From: Phytohalomonas tamaricis
GTDB lineage: Bacteria > Pseudomonadota > Gammaproteobacteria > Pseudomonadales > Halomonadaceae
Assembly (NCBI RefSeq): GCF_003012345.1
Contig: NZ_PVRV01000021.1
Location: 141,394-173,393 of the forward strand
Length of the DNA stretch: 32,000 nt
Reading direction: 5' to 3'
Shown here piece after piece: positions 26,573-32,000 of the stretch. The notes beneath the pieces are model-generated. The model saw only the letters and a program-made list of their open reading frames with translations, ran no database searches and was not told the origin of the DNA. Position numbers and translations under genes: made by a program. Each line of letters begins with the position of its first letter. Positions within the stretch are counted from its first letter, which is position 1.

Positions 26573-28519
26573 ATGGCACAGACACTGACCCACAAGCTGA
26601 TCGCTGCGCATCTGGTCTCCGGACAAATGATACCGGGAGAGGAGGTGGCGCTGCGCATCGATCAGGCGCTTTTGCAGGACGTGCTCGGCACGCTGGTGAT
26701 GCTGGAGCTAGAGGCGATGGGGGTGGAGCGGGTGGTGACCTCGCCCAGCGTGCAGTATGTCGATCACGCGCTGGTGCAGCAGGATGGTCTTAACGCCGAG
26801 GCGCACCTCTTTCTGGAGCGGGCCTGCCAGCGGCTGGGAGTGATTTACAGCGGTCCGGGCAACGGCATCAGCCACCCGGTGCACATGGAGTATTTCGGCC
26901 GTCCCGGCGAGAGTCTGGCCGGCTGCGACAGCCATACCCCGGCCGCCGGGGCGCTCGGTATGCTCGCCCTCGGCGCCGGCGGTATCGAGATCGCCCAGGC
27001 CATGGCCGGCGAGCCACTCTATATCACCATGCCTCGCGTCATGGGCATATATCTCGAGGGCGCGCTGCCCGACTGGGTCAGCGCCCGCGATGTGGTGCTG
27101 GAGCTGCTGCGCCGCCACGGCGTGGCCGGGGCGACCAACTGCATTCTCGAGTATCACGGCCCGGGGCTGGCGGCCCTCTCGGTCATGGATCGTCACGTGA
27201 TCGCCAACATGGGAACCGAAATGGGTGCCACCAGCAGCGTGTTTCCCGCCGATGAGGCCGTGCGTACCTTCTTGAAGGCCCGCGGTCGCGAAGCCGACTT
27301 CCGCGCCCTGAGCAGCGATGCCGGCTGCCGGTACGACCTGACGGATCACATCGATCTGGCCGCGCTTGAACCCATGATTGCCCGCCCCTCGAGCCCGGAC
27401 AATGTGGTGACGGTACGCGAAGCCGCCGGCGAGCCGCTCTATCAGGCCTACATTGGCTCCTCGGGTTCGCCCGGTTTTCGTGACTTTGCCATCGCCGCCG
27501 ACATCGTGCGCGGGCAGATGGTTCATCCGGGCGTATCGCTGGATATCAACCCATCAAGCCGTCAGGTGCTGGCAACGCTGGCGCGCGAGGGGTATCTGGA
27601 AGCGCTGGTCAGTGCCGGCGCTCGCCTGCATCAGGCCGGCTGTAACGGCTGCATCGGCATGGGGCAGGCGCCGGCGGCAGGGCGCAACAGCCTGCGCACC
27701 GTGCCGCGAAACTTCCCGGGCCGCTCCGGCACTTTGGAGGACAGCGTCTTTTTGTGCAGCGCCGAAACCGCCGCGGCCTCAGCGCTTGCAGGCGTGATCA
27801 CCGATCCGCGCATGCTGGGCCGTCCGGCGCCGCGAATTGATGAGCCCAGCGAGATGGTGGTCGACCCCCGCATGTTTGTCGCGCCACCCGAGCCTGACAC
27901 ACAGCGCCCGGTAATGCTGGCCACCACCCACACGCCGGCACTGCCCATGCTGGCGCCGCTGTCAGCGCGCATCGAGGCGCCGGTGCTGCTGGTGGTGGGC
28001 GATAATATTTCCACCGATGACATCATGCCTGCCGGCAGTCGCGTGCTGCCGCTGTGGAGCGATGTGTCGGCTTCTGCTGCCTTCACCTTTGAGGCAGTGG
28101 ATAAAGGCTATGCCCAGCGTGCGCAAAAGAGCCAACTGGGACACATCATTGTGGCCGGTAAAAACTACGGTCAGGGCTCGAGCCGTGAGAACGCCGCGCT
28201 GGTGCCGCGCTATCTGGGTCTGGAGGCAGTGATCGCCAAAAGTTTTGCCCGAATTCACTGGCAGAATCTGGTTAGCTTCGGCGTGCTGCCGCTGACGCTG
28301 TGTGATAAAAATGATCATCAGCGCCTGGTCGAAAGCGCCAGCGTTACGATAGAGGCTCCCGGCGAGCAGCTTGAGCAGGGGGAGAACATCAAGGCGCGAC
28401 TGGCTGATGGCACCGCCGTGATGCTTCAACATCAGCTGAGTGCACGCCAGCGCGCCATTTTAAAGGCGGGTGGGGTCATCAACTGGCTTAAGATGAAAAG
28501 GGAAGAGGGGGCGCACTAA
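26573..28519 (+). CDS. Aconitase-family hydratase/dehydratase (fused catalytic and swivel domains, ~648 aa)
   Basis: The ATG at 26573 (GAGGAG upstream) gives MAQTLTHKLIAAHL. Fe-S ligand motifs are GCDSHT and GCNGCIGMG, and the swivel-domain motif is GKNYGQGSSRENAA. Confidence 0.85.
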   Translation: MAQTLTHKLIAAHLVSGQMIPGEEVALRIDQALLQDVLGTLVMLELEAMGVERVVTSPSVQYVDHALVQQDGLNAEAHLFLERACQRLGVIYSGPGNGISHPVHMEYFGRPGESLAGCDSHTPAAGALGMLALGAGGIEIAQAMAGEPLYITMPRVMGIYLEGALPDWVSARDVVLELLRRHGVAGATNCILEYHGPGLAALSVMDRHVIANMGTEMGATSSVFPADEAVRTFLKARGREADFRALSSDAGCRYDLTDHIDLAALEPMIARPSSPDNVVTVREAAGEPLYQAYIGSSGSPGFRDFAIAADIVRGQMVHPGVSLDINPSSRQVLATLAREGYLEALVSAGARLHQAGCNGCIGMGQAPAAGRNSLRTVPRNFPGRSGTLEDSVFLCSAETAAASALAGVITDPRMLGRPAPRIDEPSEMVVDPRMFVAPPEPDTQRPVMLATTHTPALPMLAPLSARIEAPVLLVVGDNISTDDIMPAGSRVLPLWSDVSASAAFTFEAVDKGYAQRAQKSQLGHIIVAGKNYGQGSSRENAALVPRYLGLEAVIAKSFARIHWQNLVSFGVLPLTLCDKNDHQRLVESASVTIEAPGEQLEQGENIKARLADGTAVMLQHQLSARQRAILKAGGVINWLKMKREEGAH

Positions 28520-28532
28520 TATAGAGAAAGAG

Positions 28533-28556
28533 CGGGTGTTTCAAGTGAAACACCCG
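28533..28556. terminator. Perfect 11-bp-stem hairpin after the aconitase-family gene
   Basis: CGGGTGTTTCA-AG-TGAAACACCCG begins 14 nt after the stop. There is no clean T-tract on the plus side (AATATT); CTCTTTCTCT lies on the minus side. Confidence 0.4.
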
Positions 28557-28603
28557 AATATTCAGGCCAGAGTTTTTTCTAGCACCGCGAAGCGCAGGTC
28601 ATC

Positions 28604-29215
28604 ATGGCGCGGCTCACCAAAGCGCGCATTATCATTGTTACTATCCAGATTTTCCCGGCGCTGTTTGATGCCCTCGACAAGTGTCCACAGTTGGCTAATG
28701 GCTGCTATGCGGTGATTGCTGATGAGGCTCACTCCTCGCAGGCTGGTTCGTCGGCTAGTAAGCTCAAAGCTTTGCTGGGCGCTAGCCAAGGTGAAACGAG
28801 AATAGCGAGGATAACGGCGACTTTGACGAAATCAGCGCTGAAGAACTACTCGATGCTGCCGTATCGGCCCGCCAGCCCAGCGCCAGCATCAGCTACTACG
28901 CCCTCACTGCCATGCCTAAAGCCAAGACGTCGGAGCTGTTCGGGCGTCCACCTGACCCTGAGCAGCCGATAAGCAGCGACAATAGCCTGAGCCGTCGATG
29001 CGCCAGGCCATCGAGGAGGATTTTATCCTTGACGTGCTCAAGAACTACACCACTTATAGCACTGCATGGAAGCTTGCCCATCCTGACGGAGAAGATCAGG
29101 AGGTCGAGTCGAAGAAGGCTTCGCGCACGCTAGCACGCTGAGTGCGGCTGCATCTGTACAATATCTCGCAGCGTGTCGAGGTAATCGTTGAGCACTACCG
29201 CGAGTACTTTCTGTT
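28604..29215 (+). pseudogene. hsdR: Internal fragment of a type I restriction enzyme R subunit (HsdR)
   Basis: The DEAH-box region is IIIVTIQIFPALFDAL...YAVIADEAHSSQAGSSASKLKALLG. In two other frames it continues ISYYALTAMPKAKTSELFGRP and MRQAIEEDFILDVLKNYTTYSTAWKL...SKKASRTLAR*VRLHLYNISQRVEVIVEHYREY. There are at least 2 frameshifts and an in-frame TGA at 29139-29141, and both ends are missing. Confidence 0.7.
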
Positions 29216-30201
29216 TCGTTTTAATGCAAGATATCATCGCGACTGGCATATAGTCTCCATCCTAAAATGGTTTTGTCGTCCTCATGCTTGCTGTGGGATG
29301 GGTACTTTTCTTCTTCATGCTTCATCAATACCCGTCAGATCTATTTCCAGACGATGAAATCAATCCTTTTCAACGGTATGCATTTTCGGGTAGCTCTATT
29401 TTTGGGATTTATAATATGGGAATAGACTGGAGTAGCTGTACAGGCCTATATATGTTGATAAAGGGGTTGCTGAAACACAGCAAAATGCTTTGATGATGTG
29501 CGCCCGAAGAACATCCGTTATGGCTTGGGTGATAAAAACGTATTGCCATTCCCGATTCAATGGCGGGTAACGAAGGCAGCGCTATTCGGATTCTCAAGGC
29601 AACCAGGAGAAGATGCATTACAAACCTAGCAGAGGTGAGCTGCCACCTCGTCATTGGCTCTGGGGCTGCCAGAGCAGGTACATCCACTATGCCGCCAGAT
29701 GCGATCCCCGTATTAGTCAACATCCTGACAGATCCACACAACTCCATGAGACAACGCGGTATCGTGATCATCGAACAACTGGACTTCAACTTCTGTATTG
29801 TTTCCAAACAGGCGCAATTTTCAACCTGCGTTGTCTTGGTTTGTCGTTACCACCCATAGTGTTCCGAGGTTCTAAACTTTCGATGAACGTATCCATATAT
29901 GCGTAAACACCATCGAATATACTCATGAAAAAACTATTGATGGCGTTCTGCTGGGATCAAGTACGCCGATAACTGTGGCGCCCATGTAGGCGATAGCAGA
30001 ACTACACAAACTTGGCATCCCTGCCTTCATTACAAGAAAGCGGCGCGGGAACATGCGTTAAACCATGGGTTGAATAGCTTCGAATATTGGGAAATCTTAG
30101 ATACTGCGGACAGAAAGGAGATACGAAAAGTTCAGCGGCAGTTGCACAAATAAATGTCAGGCATCATGCACTCAGCCTGTGTGCAGAATAAGCCCGGCAG
30201 A

Positions 30202-30218
30202 ACCGGGCGACAATGGTG
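30202..30218 (-). terminator. Weak terminator-like hairpin downstream of pxpC
   Basis: On the minus strand, GCCCGG-TTCTG-CCGGGC is followed by TTATTCTG, ~45 nt after the pxpC stop. Confidence 0.35.
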
Positions 30219-30264
30219 CGAAAAGGAGCATGGCCTGCCCAGAATATATAGCCAAGATAGTTTA

Positions 30265-31242
30265 CTATCCGATCAAGAGGCACTTTAAGCGTTCAAGCCG
30301 CTTCTGTTCTTCTCGACGCGCCTGCAGCGCTTCTTCCATCGAGACACGTGTAAAGTGCACTTGGTGATGGGGCTGCATCTGACCCACGCGGTTCATATCG
30401 GCGCTAATGACGGTTGCAATGGTGGCATAGCCGCCACCGGAGACAGCATCACGGTGAAGAATGATAGGCTCAGAGCCGCTAGGCACCTGAATTGAACCAA
30501 CCGGATAACAAGCATCGACTATATTGGATGGATCGCTACCGGCGCCAAAGGGAGGTTCCCGTTCCTTGAAGGTCAGAGCCGATCCACCTTTAAGCCGGTA
30601 ACCTATACGATCGGCTTCGGATGCTACCGACCACGTCTCGCTGTAGAACTGCTCGATAGATTCGGGCATGACCCGGTGCTCGTAGAGCCCCGTTACTACG
30701 CGCAACTCATGTGATTTTCCGAAAAAACGACAGTCGTTGTGCGGCAGCGTTCTGCCCTCTGGTACGTTGCGCTGTGGCTGGGCCAGCGGCAGTCGATCTT
30801 CGGCCTTAAGCGGTCGACCCTCTACGCCTCCCAACCGGCCGAGCGTGTAAGTGCTGCGACTGCCGAGTTGGTGAGGAACATCAATACCCCCGGCAACGGC
30901 CAAATAAAGGCGGGCCCCGTCACGAACGAAGCCAAAGCTCAGTTCACTGCCTTCGGGGACGCAAAAGGCTGTATTGATGGCACGAGGTTGTCCATCGACG
31001 AGAGGCGCCATATCGGCGCCACAGGCCGCGACCAGGCAGCCAGTAGCGAAGCGCAGCGTTGGACCCATCAGGGAGCATTCGAGCACAGCAGCATCTTCAT
31101 CGTTACCGACTAGCCAGTTGGCCGTTTTGACCGAGGCGAGATCCATGCCACCTGAAGGCGGGATGCCAAGATGATAATTACCCTGACGGCCCAAATCCTG
31201 TACGGTCGTGGCTAGCCCAGGCTTGAGAATTTCAATGTGCAT
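30265..31242 (-). CDS. pxpC: 5-oxoprolinase subunit C / KipA-type (former allophanate hydrolase subunit 2)
   Basis: The ATG at 31242 gives MHIEILKPGLATTVQDLGRQGNYHLGIPPSGGMDLASVKTANWLVGN. It overlaps the pxpB stop by 11 nt. Confidence 0.8.
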   Translation of the reverse strand: MHIEILKPGLATTVQDLGRQGNYHLGIPPSGGMDLASVKTANWLVGNDEDAAVLECSLMGPTLRFATGCLVAACGADMAPLVDGQPRAINTAFCVPEGSELSFGFVRDGARLYLAVAGGIDVPHQLGSRSTYTLGRLGGVEGRPLKAEDRLPLAQPQRNVPEGRTLPHNDCRFFGKSHELRVVTGLYEHRVMPESIEQFYSETWSVASEADRIGYRLKGGSALTFKEREPPFGAGSDPSNIVDACYPVGSIQVPSGSEPIILHRDAVSGGGYATIATVISADMNRVGQMQPHHQVHFTRVSMEEALQARREEQKRLERLKCLLIG

Positions 31243-32000
31243 CGAGGGCCTCCATGATCCGCTGTTGGATTGTGGCGTTATAGGCGTCATGATCGGCCAT
31301 GAAGGCCTCCAGCTCGAAGGTAAACGGCGTGGTCACGATGGAAAATTCTCCGGCCTGCGCCTGGGCATCGAGTTGGTCGTAAGTATCACGGTCTATGGAG
31401 CGAAACATCACGATATCGCCGGGCCGGAAGAAGACCATCGAATCATCAATATGGGAAAACTTCCGCTCAGGATCATAGATGGGCGCCGGCGTAATGCCGA
31501 ACATCTGATAGCCACCTGCGCCACGGACCGAATAGACGGCCGTGAAGCAGCCACCGTAGCCAACGGTCTGCTTGGGCGTGTCGGTACGCGGGCGTAGGTA
31601 TTTCGGAACCTGAATCTGCCGCTCGCGTGCGATCATCTGATACATGAACGGTAGCCCGGCCACGAAGCCGATCATCGAGACGAACCAGGGCGCGCCGGCA
31701 TGGGCCCGGATGAATGCATCGATGCTATCGAAGCCGTTGATACGGGCCGCATATTCGAGATCGGTCGTATCGGGAGTCTGATGACGCTCGCGAAAACGCA
31801 TCAGTACCTCATGCGTCCAGGGATCGTTGTAAAGAACCGGAATATCGATGATTCTCGTCTCGAGCGTAGGCGCCTCCTCGGCCGCCACCTCCCGGTGCAG
31901 ACGTTCGAGTATTCCGGTTAGCGTCTCGAGGGGCAACTGATCCGGGTCGAAGCATACCTGAAAGGAAGCATTGGCCGGACAGATCTCCACGACGCCGGGC
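31232..32000 (-). CDS. pxpB: 5-oxoprolinase subunit B / KipI-type (former allophanate hydrolase subunit 1), 5'-partial at the window edge
   Basis: The frame is open to the window end (..PGVVEICPANASFQVCFDP..). Conserved GF.AGLPFMY and GGCFTAVYS..GAGGYQMFG motifs are present. Confidence 0.75.
   Translation of the reverse strand, partial: PGVVEICPANASFQVCFDPDQLPLETLTGILERLHREVAAEEAPTLETRIIDIPVLYNDPWTHEVLMRFRERHQTPDTTDLEYAARINGFDSIDAFIRAHAGAPWFVSMIGFVAGLPFMYQMIARERQIQVPKYLRPRTDTPKQTVGYGGCFTAVYSVRGAGGYQMFGITPAPIYDPERKFSHIDDSMVFFRPGDIVMFRSIDRDTYDQLDAQAQAGEFSIVTTPFTFELEAFMADHDAYNATIQQRIMEALDAH

Noticed and set aside
24937-26658. Very long antisense ORFs: 573 aa at 24937-26658(-), 351 aa at 2966-4021(+), 272 aa at 26708-27526(-), 217 aa at 21364-22017(+), 200 aa at 10436-11038(-), 197 aa at 11151-11744(-), and others.
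   Set aside because: Each lies fully antisense to a gene with strong family motifs. Their translations are low-complexity and rich in Arg, His, Gly and Ala, which is typical of shadow ORFs in GC-rich DNA.
29142-29906. Overlapping ORFs in the AT-rich stretch: 29142-29357(+), 29284-29493(+), 29409-29807(-), 29560-29859(+) and 29613-29906(+).
   Set aside because: They are mutually exclusive and overlapping, with no SD or start context that stands out and no recognisable motif. The first is just the read-through tail of the hsdR relic.

Overview
This is a visibly GC-rich, gammaproteobacterial-style chromosome segment. A Halomonas/Oceanospirillales-like host is only a guess from repeat type and gene content.

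The backbone is a series of small catabolic and regulatory modules:
- (i) 66-4734 (-): an operon of GntR, allophanate hydrolase, an isochorismatase-type amidohydrolase and an NCS1 permease. This looks like biuret/allophanate-type nitrogen scavenging.
- (ii) 6350-9578: AraC, divergent from SDR, VOC and a saccharopine-DH-like gene.
- (iii) 9615-11588: TetR, divergent from SDR and VOC.
- (iv) 12863-15208: polB (DNA polymerase II).
- (v) 21309-28519: a LysR-centred divergent cluster. One arm has a class III CoA-transferase and an HMG-CoA-lyase-like enzyme. The other has DUF3311, a Na+/solute symporter and a fused aconitase-family hydratase.
- (vi) 30265-32000: pxpC and a 5'-partial pxpB.

Between these modules lie degraded accessory patches:
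- 4.7-6.3 kb: a phage tape-measure fragment plus an orphan ORF.
- 11.6-12.7 kb: an IS5-like relic, an orphan terminator and a frameshifted cas6f relic.
- 15.2-16.4 kb: an AT-rich insert with one membrane-anchored orphan gene.
- 17.7-21.3 kb: a run of pseudogenes.
- 28.6-30.3 kb: an hsdR relic followed by an ORF-poor AT-rich stretch.

The most notable feature is a collapsed type I-F CRISPR-Cas locus. It keeps an intact cas6f (17094-17651) and an array of 8 repeats and 7 spacers (16505-16952). cas7f is reduced to its last 36 codons and no other cas gene is present. A second, diverged cas6f 3' relic lies on the other side of polB.

I could not demonstrate a complete novel multi-gene system from sequence alone. 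The best follow-up candidates are the orphan cas6f-CRISPR module with its neighbouring AT-rich orphan gene, and the LysR-controlled CoA-transferase/lyase/aconitase cluster. All product calls rest on motif recognition by eye, with no database search.
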